From Chara braunii (taxonomy: Eukaryota; Plantae; Charophyceae), in assembly GCA_003427395.1 (NCBI GenBank), contig BFEA01000011.1, positions 1,871,550-1,935,549 of the forward strand: 64,000 nt of DNA. Reading direction: 5' to 3'. Under the pieces are notes generated by a model that did not search any database, was not told the origin of the DNA, and saw only the letters and a list, made by a program, of their open reading frames with translations. The translations under genes and the position numbers were made by a program. Positions 38,990 through 52,503 of the stretch are shown one piece after another (the stretch's first letter is position 1; each line of letters opens with the position of its first letter).

Positions 38990-39518
38990 GACCCGTTGAC
39001 AAGGCTTGAAGACCGCTTTTGGTCCATATCCCGCCCCTCCGAATCCCATAAAGAATATAGAAAGGGGGGCCGCCGGGCGAGACTTGGTCGGGGACGACTT
39101 CTGGATTAGGGCCCTTCATGCGTGGCGCCAACTCCCCTTGCCGGATAAGGGCAGGCCATCCTGGTGGGAGGAGGTGGTGAGACAACCACTCGTCGGGAAT
39201 ATGCATATCACTGATCGGTACAAAAAAGTATATCGCAACTCAGACCCCCCGTGGAACAGCTGGGTCAAAAGGGGGGTGGTAAGAATCAAGGACATATGCG
39301 ACATAGAGGAAAAAAACTAGCAAACAAAACAAAAACTAAAACGTATCATAAAGATTCAATAAAAATTGCCACCACGTGGGGAAGAACTTGGAGGAACTGA
39401 TCTTTTATGTACCCCTTAATTGGGCGTGCATCCTGAGCAAAGGACCGTATCTACAAGAAGGAGACTGGGTAGCGACCCTAGATGACACAGAAAGCGTAGG
39501 GAATGTGGTGGTGGTATA
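38990..39518 (+). pseudogene. L1/Tx1-like LINE ORF2 C-terminal fragment (left of the LTR insertion)
   Basis: FWIRALHAWRQL...QPLVGNMHI...W..RGVVRIKD resembles post-RT regions of L1/Tx1 ORF2. Confidence 0.6.
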
Positions 39519-40580
39519 CAATTGCAGAGTAGACTCGAAGGAGGCAAATCCACACAAAACCGGAGAGAAGATATGCACAGCGGAAGCTCAAAACACATAC
39601 AGAATTGAAAAACGAATTTCAATTATGTAATCCCTCGTCCTCCTCCAATCAATCCAGAGTACTTTCTCCAAGAATCTCAACCGCATTAACAACAACCCCG
39701 AACAATTAGAAACAAGTGTTCAACGAAGTATGCAGGAGTCTTCTTCTTCCTCCTCGCCACCTCATATCTTTGGCTATGGCTGTCGTAGCAGCAGTAACCC
39801 CACAGTTGTCACAACGTGCCAATCTAGACCAGCAACCCTAATGAAAACAACGGCAGCTCAGCACCCGCACGAAAGTGCAGCACTAGAAGTCCTGATGAAG
39901 AATGAGACAACCGATCCAACACTTCGAAGAAGTCAAAGTTCCTCCAGAGGAGGAACATCAGATACGGCTGCCAAGTGGAAGATGGCAACACCCAGACCCA
40001 ACAACACAGTCATGTGGAAACTCTCATGTAGAGCTGCGACATAGCAGCAGTGCAATCTTCAACTTCATTTCCCAACCCGAGCTATCGCTGGGCTTCGAGG
40101 AAGAAGATGACCTCGCCCAAAATAGAGCAGCAGCGCTCCAACAACGGAAGGGCAGAGTTTCCCCCAGCTAACGAAAACGTGAAAAGACCCGAACTATTTT
40201 TCCTGCCCGATACTTCTACACTCCGCTAGACCTGCGACGGCCTCCCTAAAGCGACAACCCAAAACCTATTTGCATCTAGATGGAAACAGCGGAAAAGTGG
40301 GCCTAGACCTATCACAAGGCAAAAGAGAAGGCCGAATGACATAGGACTATCAAACAGAGACTACTAATAACAGACACAGGGATCAAGTCCCATAGGGCAC
40401 AACACTCAAAACAAAACATACAGGTTACAGGTCACGGGATCAAGTATCGCAAGGCTTAAAACAGGCAAACAGCAAACAAATAGGTAACACAACAAACAAA
40501 GGTTGCAGGATCAAGTCCCGCCAACAGCGACAGGGACAAAATTAGTGTACAGCCCGTTTGTAGCACTGTAATTCATTGCA
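39519..40580 (-). repeat. 3' LTR, missing ~60 bp at its distal (U5) end
   Basis: Begins TGCAATGAA after the PPT. Homology to the 5' LTR ends at caattgcagagtag (39519 vs 48478). Confidence 0.88.
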
Positions 40581-40593
40581 TTCCTACCCTACC
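40581..40593 (-). other. Polypurine tract
   Basis: GGTAGGGTAGGAA immediately before the 3' LTR. Confidence 0.75.
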
Positions 40594-40609
40594 AGGGAGC
40601 GAGGACCCC

Positions 40610-43600
40610 GAGCTAGGAGTGTCTACGAGGAGACCGTCTGAGCAATTTCCCAGTTTGTTCAGCCTCGTAGAACAGCACGAATGAATTGGCAGACTTGAGA
40701 AGTTCCTTTTTTGTAAACCAACGTTCCTCAATATGAGGTTGGAAGAGGAACTTGACAAGATATTCACAGTCGGGCCCAGTGCCCCACTGGTCCTCAATGC
40801 TTTCGACTTATATCCCTTTCCAGGGATGGGAGGTCCAAATTGCGGTGGCCAATCACGAAACGCGTCAGCAGAAGTGAAAAGCATCAGTTTTGAGGCATGG
40901 AAAACAGGATAGGTCCTGATATGTGGGGGTATAGCAAGTACATAAGAAAGCCCAAAAGGGTCTGCTCCCACAGTACCAAGTACCTGTCATGGGCCATAGT
41001 ATACAGACAACAACTTCCGTGATATATCTTGTTCATCAGTTTACTCTAATTTTTCACCCAGACCCAGTGATCAGACCGAATAGGAGAGGGAGAACGATGT
41101 TTATTAGCCTGATCTATCATCCTTTTCTAATCCTTGAACATGTTTGTTTTGGCTTTCTCTATGTGTTTCTCATAACTGTTGGTGAACTCTGCAGTCCCAG
41201 GAGTTAGTTTAGGCTTAGTTTTGTTAATGAGATCGTCAAGAGGTTGTTTTCGGTCTCTGGCAAAGTAAAGCTTATAAGGTGTAAGGCCTGTGGTGTTGTG
41301 AACGGAAGTATTATACATAAGTTGAGCCATTGACAAATATTTGTCCTAGTCTTGTTGATCAAGTGTGATCACAGGACGCAGCAGCTGAAACAAGACTTGG
41401 TTCATCACTTCAGTCTGTCCATTGGCTTCAGGATGTCTACCAGAAGTCATGTCTAGCCTAGAATGGAGGTAGTCTTTACAGAAAGATTGTAATTCATCGC
41501 TGCAAAACTTGGGGTCTCTGTCACTGACAATACAGGTTGGGCATTCGTGGACATTAACCCACCTCTCAGCAAACAACTATGGCCTCGGCAGGCAAGGGAA
41601 TAAACTCAGCAAACTTAGAGAAACGATCAATACATATCATTACTTGTCTCATGCCACGAGGTGTGGTCTTGGCCAAATCATTAAAGTCAATCGACACTGA
41701 CTCACCTGGACCATCTGGAATAGGCAACGGCTTGAGTAAACTCATAGCAGGTCGTTTGTTTACCTTGTTCCTTTGCCATAACTCGCGAGTTTCTAAGTAC
41801 TTGAAAATATCATCTCCCATCCTTGACCAATAGAAGTGTTCGGTCAGGGCAGCATATGTCTTTAGGAACCCAAAGTGACCACGAGCATCATAACTCTCTA
41901 AAATCATATGAGTTATCATTTTGCGATCATCAGGAATGCACAAACGTTTTTTTCCTTCATTGATGGTGTATAGGAGATTTGAAGTCAAGGCATAGCTTGA
42001 CTCAGAATTGGGATTCACCTGCAAATTCCTAATAATAGGGTCAAAAGCAGGGTCATGAGGCAACGCATTAGCAATAGTCTGGTGTGTGGAGTCTCCAAAT
42101 GAGTAAGTGGGAACAATAGCAGCAAAGGTGTCAGGTCTGCGAGAAAGAGTATGAGCTACTATGTTATAGCATCCCTTTTTTGTTTCAGTTCAAAGTCGAA
42201 GGAATCAATGAATTGAATATACCTCGCTAACTTGTTATTCAACTCCTCTTGGGTCTTCATCCACTGCAAGGTCGAATGGTCAGAGTAAACCTTGAAGTGT
42301 CTTCCCAGTAAGAAATGCTTCCATTGTTCGATAGCACACACAAGGGCAAACAATTTTTTCTCATAAGTAGATGCCTGAACTTTCTGTGCCTTCATTTTCT
42401 TACTCATGAACTCCACAGGCTTGAGGTCAGACCCATCATCTTACTGAAGGACAACTCCTACACCATACTGACTGCATCTGTGGTAAGCACAAATAGCAAG
42501 GTAGGATCAGGAAGCCTCAGTACAGGTCTATGAATCCCCCCAGGCGAAGGACAACCGCGGCCAAGTCCGCGGCCGCCGCCAGGATGCGCAGCCCGCGAAC
42601 GCGTCCACGCGGACGCGCGGCTTTGGCGGCACGTGGCGGCCGGAAGGGGAGGGGAGTTCGGGATTCGGGAAGCGCCATTCGGCGGCGCATCCCCGGCCCC
42701 ACCCCCCCACAAAAAAAAAAGTGGAAAAATAACATTTTTTGGTTGGGGGGGGTTAGTAGAAATGAANNNNNNNNNNNNNNNNNNNNNNNNNNNNNNNNNN
42801 NNNNNNNNNNNNNNNNNNNNNNNNNNNNNNNNNNNNNNNNNNNNNNNNNNNNNNNNNNNNNNNNNNNNNNNNNNNNNNNNNNNNNNNNNNNNNNNNNNNN
42901 NNNNNNNNNNNNNNNNNNNNNNNNNNNNNNNNNNNNNNNNNNNNNNNNNNNNNNNNNNNNNNNNNNNNNNNNNNNNNNNNNNNNNNNNNNNNNNNNNNNN
43001 NNNNNNNNNNNNNNNNNNNNNNNNNNNNNNNNNNNNNNNNNNNNNNNNNNNNNNNNNNNNNNNNNNNNNNNNNNNNNNNNNNNNNNNNNNNNNNNNNNNN
43101 NNNNNNNNNNNNNNNNNNNNNNNNNNNNNNNNNNNNNNNNNNNNNNNNNNNNNNNNNNNNNNNNNNNNNNNNNNNNNNNNNNNNNNCACTCACTCACTCA
43201 CTCACAATCAATCAATCAATCAAACCCCTTTTTTGAAGTTTTTTCTTTATTTATTTTCAAATTTTGCATCTGCATTTTTTTTAAACACCTCATACCCATA
43301 CAAAAAACAGAAATTCATTACTAAAAAGATACAAATGAACTCAGGGATCATATATCTCATATTAAAAAATGACAAAAAATAAATTCAGCTTTTCTTTATA
43401 TTTTTGTTTTTAATTTTTTTTAAATCGAATTTAGTTTTTGATTTTTTTAAAATCCTAAACAAAGTCAGATTCCAAAAAAAAAAAAAGGGGGTTGTAGGGA
43501 TTAAAATTTTCTACAACCCCATTTTTTTTTTTTTACCTATTATTTAATTCAGGAAAAATCTGGTAAAATCGGGTCCGCGTCGCGGACCAGGTCGTCCGCC

Positions 43601-46600
43601 ATCCGATATCGGACCCGCGGACGCGTCCGCGGGTGTTTCATAGGCACAGGTGTTTGGGTCAGGGTTTTCTTCAATCTGAAGAAAGTCAATTGGCATATGG
43701 GTGTCCGTCTGAAAGGAACATTTTTTGCCAACAAGTTAGTCAAAGGAGTGACCACAGTAAAAAAGTTTCTGATAAACTTTCTGTAGTAAAATGTCAGACC
43801 CATAAAAGACCTGATGTTCCCAACAGTCTGTGGTTGTGGCCAATCCCTGACAACAGTCACTTTAGAGGCTTCTGGGAAAAGATCATCTGCAGAAATCACA
43901 TATCCCAAATACAAAACAGAAAATGCATCAAAATATGTTTTTTTTTTGTATTTATTTTATATTTATTTTGTATTTATTTCGTATTTATTCTGTATTTATT
44001 TTCCCTCTAAATTTGCAGAACTTTTATGAGATGATCAGCGTGGTCTACAACACCCAATACATTCTTGTTGAACACCAAAATATCATCCAGATAAACCACC
44101 ACAAAACGATCAAGAAATTGTGTGAAAGTTTTGTTCATTTTTGTTTGGAAGGTTCCTGGTGCATTGCATAACCCAAAGGGCATGACTAGGAACTCATAGG
44201 TGTCATACCGGGTTCTGGAGGTTGTCTTGGCAACATCCTCCTCAGCCATTTCCATCTGATGATACTAGGATTTCAGATCGAGTTTGCTGAAGACTTTGCA
44301 ACCTTGCACCATATCCAACAGGTCATCGATCCTAGGCAAGGGCTCCGAGCTGTTCCTAGTCATCCTGTTCAGGCCCCTATAACCAATACACATCCCAAGT
44401 TAAAAATTTCCTTTGGAAATAAAGAGAACTGGTGCCCCATACTCAGATGTGTTGGGCCTGATTCAATCCTTCTTAGTTAATATTTCCAATTGCTTTCTTA
44501 GCTCATCCAATTCAGCAGGAGACATCCTATAGACTCTGCCCTTGGGAGGGATTAAGTCATGTAGGATTTCAATGTGATGTTTGGTTTGCCTATGGACAAG
44601 ACAAGTAGGCTCATGAGCTAAATCTGCATAATCATCAACAATTATCTTTATGATGGGATCACACTGAGGGGTGGATGAATCAGTTTGTGTCATATAAGAA
44701 ACAAAGAGATTCTGATGGTCAGTCTAATTAGACAAGTTGTAAAATTTTCTTGCCTTCAGGCAATAACATTTTGTCTTAAGGTGATAGTATGTTGCTAAGA
44801 CGCAAGGTCTAAGCTCACCTTGTTTAGTTTTCAACTGAATACTGGGCACAGCCCAGTCAATACATGGATTAGTTGTCCTTAATCATTCCAGGCTCAGAAC
44901 CAAATCACATGACAAGTGTGGAAACACAGAAGTTCAAGGTATGTCGAACTTCTCCTTTGGCATCAAAGGTGATTGGCACACCATTGATAATCTATTGGAC
45001 TGTAACCGATTGGGCATTCCTAACCTGTATGCATAAGGGGTGCTCAAGGTCTGAGACCTTGAGTCCCAAGTGAAGTTTTTGTACTCCTACAGGGGAGATG
45101 AAATTTCGTGTAACACCACAATCTAACAATGTCTTGATCTAGGTTCTGTTAATCAGAGGCAGACCTGACTTCACTTTTCTCTTCTCCTTCAGTTGGAGAT
45201 AAAGTGAGCAGAGATTATCATTCTCTTCCTCAAATAAGGGTTCATCCAAAAAAGGTTCAGTGTACGCATACAAAGAGTCAGTTGCACCCTCAACATAATC
45301 AGGCTTAAAGACTGATTCACCTTCAAAAGAGGGTGAATGCAGTTCAACAGGGGTAGCTGCTACCTCTGCTAGCCTGGTCAGTTTTTTCAAGTGTTAGTGC
45401 CCCAAGTGGGGTAGTCCTTCACAAAATGCTTCTTAGCACATCTGAGGCAAACTCCCTGATCCTTTCTTTTCTGCCATGTCCCCTCAGCAATCTTGAGACT
45501 TCTCCAGGGGTAAGTGGCAGGATCCATGGGATTAGCTGGACAGGTCGCACCCTTTGGGAGATTGGGTACCCTTTGCGACCTTTTGCGACCTGTCCAGCTA
45601 ATCTCATGGCCAGGTCGCTAAGGGTGCGACCTTAGGATTCGACCTGTCCAACTAATCCCTTTGGGAGACCCTTAGGATTAGCTGGACAAGTCGCACCCTT
45701 CTTAGCACATCTGAGGCAAACTCCCTGATCCTTTCTTTCCCTTTTCCCACCTGGGCGTTCGTCTGAACCCTTAGGATTCGAGGGCCTTAGGGCTGAAACT
45801 GACTTTTGTCTTTCATCAGGCTCATCAAAGTCTGACCCAACAACAAGGCAGCCTAATCTGGTGTGGATACTGCATCTAGACCAACTGAGGGAACAGATCC
45901 TCTCTGGTCAGAGTCTGCAAAGTCATCATCAGATCCTGCAGCATAAAATCCTCTCTTTCCCTTTCTCCTGTTCTGGAAAGAAGAGGTCTTCCCCTTTTGG
46001 GAAGAGGTCTGGAGAGTGTGGCCTCCATGTCCAGTGTTAGCTTGCCAAAAGACTTTCAATCTTTGTGACCTGCAGTAAACAGGGTCTTGGCATATGTCTC
46101 TAGAGCAGCCCTTACAAACCATGCCAACGTATCCTGCTCAGACCTTTCCAAACCAGGTGTGGAGGTCAGTTTCTCTCACTCTGCATAAAGCTTGGAGAGT
46201 GATCCATGCCACTTATTTTGGCCTAGTCTCACAAGCTCGTCATTTGCTTCGCGGGCCTTTTCCTTATCTGCAAACCTGGTTTCCAAACCCTGAAAGATGG
46301 CATCCAGACCAATTGCAGCAGTCCAATCATCCAGCTGCTTCTGAGCCCTGCTGGCCTCAGAAGTTGCCCACTTTAGTGCGGCCCCTCACAGGAGGGGCCA
46401 CTGTGGCTCGTGCCTTGTCCACCTCTGGGCAGGTATAGCCCCTGAGGTAGGTCCTCATCTGGGCTATCCAGTCTGCGACGTTCACTTTGGGGTCTTCCAC
46501 AGTGAACTTCTTAGGCTGGGTCGTCTTGGGAAATTGCACTTCCTACTGCACAGTGCTGAAACTCGGTTCCCCTGTGGGCACAGTCCTAGAGACCTGCGCC

Positions 46601-47159
46601 ACCTTCTCTTTTCGAGGAGGTAGTGGAGTCTTGGGAGAACCAGGTCGGGATGATCGTGGTGTGGCTACCGGAGGAGCGCTAAGAGGAGGGACTGTAGGGT
46701 GAGGATAGGGTACAGGAGTAGGAGGGAAATATGCCTGAAGAACACTGCTGACAAGTTTTCCGACTTCTTGTCAATAGATGACAGCTGGGACTCAACTGCT
46801 GAGATCCGTTCATCCCAGGATGTGAAAACATCCCGGTTGTGAGCGGATTCCAACAGTACCAATTCTGCAAGATTCCGCGTGACATCAGCCACGCGGGCAT
46901 CGGCAGGGACCTTGGCAATAATGTCCAGCAGCCCAGATCTTATAGCTGCTGCTTCTCCTCTCCTAGTTGCCTCTGCCTTCTCCCTCTTTAATCTCTCTAC
47001 TTCCCGAACTGCATCTGCAGCAACTTTCTCTGCTGCTTTCAGGGCTGCATTCACGAGCTCTTCCTCAGTCAGGGGTTTCTACTCTTCCCTGCCTTGCTCA
47101 GGCTTCGCAGACGTCTCTCTGCCTTCCGCAGGTCCCTTAGCCTTGTCCTCAGTGGCCAT
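40610..47159 (-). pseudogene. gag-pol polyprotein pseudogene
   Basis: gag (ADWIAQMRTYL; knuckle-like CLRCAKKH), protease TLLDCGVTRNF (~45100-45135), RT MPFGLCNAPGTFQ and VVYLDDILVF, RNase H LTTDA and YSDHSTL, integrase YDARGHFG, IVSDRDPKF, HPEANGQTE, YPVFHASKL, and chromodomain-like VESIEDQ..EYLVKF..ERW. Many stops and frameshifts. Confidence 0.93.
42528..43643. mobile_element. DNA transposon inserted in the RT/RNase H junction, 8-bp TSD (hAT- or P-like); true length unknown because of the gap
   Basis: gtacaggt|CTATGAA ... TTCATAG|gcacaggt. Removing it restores TQTPVLRLPDPT. Confidence 0.75.
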
Positions 47160-48403
47160 GATGGTCTTTTCAAATTTTATTTGTCAGAAAACAAATAAAA
47201 ATAAGAATAAACAATTCCGATTACTGTTCACACGCAGAACACAAATAAAAAGAATCTGACTGTGCTATTAGTAAAACACTACAGAAGGTTTGGGATTTAC
47301 GGCAGTTAGCGTCAAATGTCCAAAAACAGCCTGTGAGATTACAGGTTCAGGACAACGGCGGAAACTTTCAACAGAATGGCCATGTCTGAGCATACAATCC
47401 AATCAAGAAGGCAATGATGTTGGTGACCAGGCTCGTTACAGAGCCTTCCCAAATCAGATAGCATTCTTCAGCAAGCGGGAGAGTTACTTTTCAATGCAAT
47501 CAGAGAAACAAAAACACCAGCGCAGATTGCAAACACTGTTGTGAAGTCTGCAAAACATTTCAATTCTGATCAAAATAGGAATCTGTCATTTCACTGACTT
47601 TCTGACTTCTGATACAGATAGGCAGTATTCAATACTGACTGACCAATTTCTGACTGCCAACTGACAGGACTGACCGACAAACCGACAATAAATTCCGGTT
47701 GCCACTCACGGAACCAGGTAGGCAATCACCGCAGATCAGGGTCTGTGGGATGCGATTCCAATTTTTTTATTCAAATTAGAACAGATTCAGAGAGGGGTCA
47801 GAAACAACCAGAATGGCGACTAACGACCTATCTGACCGAAACTGCACACAGACTAACGACTGACAGACTCTGACAGACACTGACAGGGTCTGATGACGGG
47901 CAAGAAATCCAGGAACGAACTCACTTGGACAAAACTTGATCGAAGATATCTAGCCGGTCAACCATTGACCGCCAATCTGCCGCAAGATGAAGTAAACCAG
48001 TCTGACATCGACGTCAGACCTGCAGTGGAGATTCCATGAATCCTCCAATCAAAATGCCTCATCGGAGTAACTGCAGCAGCGGGCCCAGACGGAAGTCCCA
48101 TGCCGTCTGTGGGCATGGTCTGCAGCTTGAGGGTCACCCAACACTCAGGTCCACCAGGCCACTTAGGGTTGACGCAGCGGTCAACTCTGCTCTCGCCATC
48201 TGAAACTTCCCAAGAACGTTCCACCACTCTTTTATATATATATATATAATAAATATATAATAGCGGTACTCCGCTCGCACAGTACCTTCCACCACCTCTC
48301 ACCAACGACCCCTGTTGAAGAAAGCGGACAACGAGTCCCTACTCCAACCGCCGATCAGAAAGGAGGTTGCCACTCAATTGCTCACCGGTTGCACACGGTC
48401 GCA

Positions 48404-48415
48404 GCTCCGATACCA
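48404..48415 (-). other. Primer-binding site complementary to initiator tRNA-Met
   Basis: TGGTATCGGAGC, 2 nt inside the 5' LTR (canonical TGGTATCAGAGC). Confidence 0.9.
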
Positions 48416-48417
48416 AC

Positions 48418-49548
48418 TGTTATGTATCCGATTAAACTTCAATCCACAACGAATTCACACGTTCCCATACACACATGCAATTGCAGAGTAGACTCGAAGG
48501 AGGCAAATCTACACAAAACCGGAGAGAAGATATGCACAGCGGAAGCTCAAAACACACACAGAATTTAAAAACGAATTTCAATTCTGCAATCCCTCTTCCT
48601 CCTCCAATCAATCCAGAGTACTTTATTCCAAGAATCACAACTGCGTTTACAACAACCCCGAATAACCAGAAACAAGTGCTCAACGAAGTATGCAGGAGTC
48701 TTCTTCTTCCTCCTTGCCACCTCATATCCCTGGCTATGGCTGCCGTAGCAGCAGTAACCCCACAGCTGTCACAACGTGCCAATCTGAACCAGCAACCCTA
48801 ATGAAAACAACGCCAGCTCAGCACCCCCACGGAAGTGCACCACTGGAAGTCCTGATGGAGAAGGAGACAACCGATCCAGCACTTCGAAGAAGACAGTCCT
48901 GTGGAAGATGCCAGCTGCACCCAAATATGGCTGCCAAGTGGAAGATGCCAGCTGCACCCAAACCCAACAACACAGTCCTGTGGAAGCTTTTAAGCAGAGC
49001 TGCGAAATAGCAGCAGTGCGATCTTCAACTTCATTCCCCAACCCCAGCTATTGCTGGGCTTCGATGAAGAAGATGACATCACCCAAAATAGAGCAGCAGC
49101 GCTCCAACAACGGACGGGCAGAGTTTCCCCCAGCTAACGAAAACGTGAAAAGACCCGAACTATTTTTCCTGCCCGATACTTCTAACACTCCACTAGACCT
49201 AGGACCGCCTCCCCAAAGCAACAACCCAAAACCTATCTGTATCTAGGTGGAAACAGGGGAAAAGGGGACCTAGACCTATCACAAGGCAAAAGAAAAGGCC
49301 CAATGGCCTAGGACTACCAAACAGAGACTAATAGTGACAGACGCAGGGATCAAGTCCCGTAGGGCACAACACTCAGAAACAAAACATACAGGTTACCGGT
49401 CACAGGATCAAGTCCCGCAAGGCTCAAAACAGTCAAACAGCAAACAAACAGGCAACACAGCAGACAAAGGTTGTGGGATCAAGTCCTGCCAACAACGACA
49501 GGGACAAAATGAGTGTACAGCCCACTTGTAGCACTGCAATTCATTGCA
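48418..49548 (-). repeat. 5' LTR (1131 bp, TG...CA)
   Basis: Minus strand begins TGCAATGAA and ends ATAACA, directly followed by the PBS. Homologous to 39519-40580. Confidence 0.9.
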
Positions 49549-49770
49549 ATGGGACTGGAGAGCCCTCCTCTGAGAAGCCTGGTCCTCTTCCACGGACTGT
49601 CCCGTTGAAAACAATATGTTGAGGATGGGAAGGATAGCTGTCATTTGGGCCCTTTGGCGGAAACGGTGCACACACACGATTGAAAGAGTCAGAATAGAGG
49701 GGGAGGAAGTCACCGAATTGGTTAAGCAATATATTCAGGAACAAATCATGTCGGGTAGGGAGGGCAGGAT
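49549..49770 (+). pseudogene. L1/Tx1-like LINE ORF2 extreme C-terminal fragment (right of the LTR insertion)
   Basis: AVIWALWRKRC matches the terminal W-x-I/L-W-x-x-R motif of L1-clade ORF2. Confidence 0.55.
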
Positions 49771-51300
49771 AGCCCACATTCTATGGGAGGGAGGACAGCT
49801 TCCGGAATGGGGTGGCGACGAGCTGTGGTATCTGCTTTAATGACTGGACCAAGGTAGTCGCTGCTGTTCCTTTGCGTCCTCCTTCAGAGTTTCCCGACCC
49901 CTTTCCGCCCCCTGGTCTCTCCCTGGTAGATCTACAGTGGTACGGAGTGGAATAGGAGGTCTCACCCTTGGGATCGGCAAGACAGTGGCACTGTCGGACC
50001 AAGAGAATTGAGGGACGTCAAGGAGTGGAAAAGACGGTAGTATGGAAATGTGGAAATTCGTAGTTTGCTGCATAGGGAAGGAAAGGGGACTAGGTATTCA
50101 GATTGGTCAGGCGCCCAGCAGCAAGGCTGAAGAGGCCCTCTTGTCAAATCCTCTCGTGTGCATTCTTTTACCTGCTCAGTCAATCCCCTGGCTTCAGGGT
50201 AACAATGCTGGCAGGATGTCAGTGAGTTCAGACGCAAAACTGTTCAAAGGGACGTGGCACCCGCTTTCCAGCAGGTGCTGCTCCCCACCAATAAATTGGA
50301 GCACCCAGGCAGTCCGCTAGGAGAGGGTACCGGTTTTTCGAAAAAAAAAAAAAGAGGATTGGTAGGGTGGCAGTTCCTCCGTCGCACGCCAGTGTGCCCA
50401 TTAGCGGATTGAGTCGGAATAGTACCTGGGATGGTCCCCTGGGAAGCTTACTGGTTTTGGAGTGGCTGGAATGGAACAGACGGGAGCCTTGAAGTCTTGC
50501 ATGGGGCGCCAGACTAGGGATATGTGTAATGAAATACCGTCACCAGGATATCACCACCTCCCCTGGTAGCCCTCATTTCCAGCATGGCCGAAATAGTACC
50601 GGGGGGCGGTCCCTAGGGAAGCTTACCGGTTCCGGCGCTCCTATGACAGTGCCCGCGATAAGTGGGAATCTGGCCTTTTGCAACAACCAATATAAATAAA
50701 AAAACGAAAGAAAGGATGGTCGTGACCGCAGTTGGTCACCCACATAGTGGAACACTAACGATGATCTGGTTAATAGTTTTTTTTTTGTTTTTGTTTTCGT
50801 TTTCCTGGGGCTTCATTAGCGTAGTAGACCCTGAACCACAATCCCATAATGGCTCTGTATAAATGGCAAATGAAACTAAGGGTACAGTGCAGGGAAGAGA
50901 GCGTTAGTCAATGGCAGTTGTCACAGAAGCACCTATACTGTCCATCGCTGGAGGCGCTTGATAATTTGCGCTGTAAAATGCAGAAAAAGAGAAAAGAAAA
51001 AAACCTGAGTTGTTTACCGCCGAGGACTATAAACCACTAGATCGCAAACCATGTGGGCAAAAAAACTCCAGAAAGCGAGTGACCAGCAGAGTTTCTGCAC
51101 CAGAGAGCATCCCTTCCATAGAAGCGTAGTCTCTCAAATACATCAACAAATAATTTGTCTAAGATTCCCTTGTTCGACTAAAAACTCACAAGCGGTAAAC
51201 CTTACTTACCAGGTAAAACTTCCTGAGCCAGCAAATCCCCATACCACCATGAGCTGCATCTGCTCACTAAACAAAACATAATTAGAGAAAAAGTGGCAGC

Positions 51301-51362
<62 letters not shown>

Positions 51363-51401
51363 GAATTAGAATACTCTCAATTATAAATTGAATTAGATAT
51401 T

Positions 51402-51480
<79 letters not shown>

Positions 51481-51481
<1 letters not shown>

Positions 51482-52397
51482 TGTCACAGTGGAAATCGGA
51501 GCGCAAAGGCGGAAAAAGACAGAACAAGAAAAAGAAAAAGAAGGAAGGAAAGCCCCACCTGTTCGTCACCTCTTACGTACAAGGCCAGCCACGTGGATGA
51601 CAGGTTGAGCACTGGCTGCCCCCATCCCCGTGTGTCATAACGACCCACTTGCACGCAGCCAAAAGGCAAAGAGGTAAAGAAAAGGCGGAGGAAACCAAAC
51701 CTCACAGAAGAAGAAAGCCTATTAAACAGACGAAGCAAGTGACACATCCCACTGATAATCCAATTACCATCCCACAGAACATATTTTTCTTTTTTCTTTT
51801 TTCTCAGGTTTCTTTTTTTGTGTTTTTCCTTCCATGGTTGCTACATCCCGGTTGGTTTTGTCCCCTTATTCGGTCTATGTTGCTGCAGGTAGCGGTGCTT
51901 CATGTGGGACCAGTCATCCGGGGTTTTCTTTGTTGTCTTGGTATCCTTGTTGGTTGTTTCCCGTTGTTCGGCCCTTTGAGCACGGGGCGGTGCTTGTATG
52001 TGGGAATCATCATCCGGGATGGGTTCTTTTTGGTACTTTTCTTGATTTCTTTGCAGACAAGGTTTTGGCATCCTAGTTAGTCTTGTCCCGTCGTTTGGCC
52101 TGTGGGCAGGGGCAGTGCTTGCATGTGTGTTTTGTTGCCCCCTGTTCTGTTTTATTTGGCTGTTCCCTTCCTCTCTTCTTTGCCTCTTTGCCTTTGGCTG
52201 TGTGCAAGTGGGTCAACATGACACATGGGGGTGGGGGCAGCCGCCGCTCAACCTACATCCACGTGGGCGGCCTTGTACGCAAGAGGTTCTGAACAGGGGG
52301 AGTTGTATGGAAGAAGATTAAAAACAAAATAAGTTTTTTTTGTTTTCCGTGATTTCTTTCTGTTTTTTTGCTTTGGCGCTCTGATATCATGTGACAA
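51481..52397. mobile_element. Foldback/MITE-like element with ~200-bp imperfect terminal inverted repeats in a (TA)n site
   Basis: atatata|TTGTCACA ... TGTGACAA|tatatat. Internal inverted blocks include cgtacaaggcc..ccacgtggatg and gacccacttgcac(g/a)cagccaaa (51481-51690 vs 52170-52397). Confidence 0.8.
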
Positions 52398-52503
52398 TAT
52401 ATATACACATATATTATATATATGTCACTATAATATACAATATATTTATATTCAAACAAGTTTTTGTTTCTTTGATTTTTATAATATTTCGTACCCTAAA
52501 TGC

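Larger units (their letters stand above)
39519..49548 (-). mobile_element. Ty3/Gypsy chromovirus LTR retrotransposon, decayed
   Basis: Two LTRs, PBS, PPT, and domain order gag-PR-RT-RH-IN-chromodomain. Confidence 0.95.

Noticed and set aside
50265-50303. ~40-bp motif shared with ~55866-55905 (tttccagcaggtgc.gctccccaccaata)
   Set aside because: Probably a fragment of a dispersed repeat; too short to classify.
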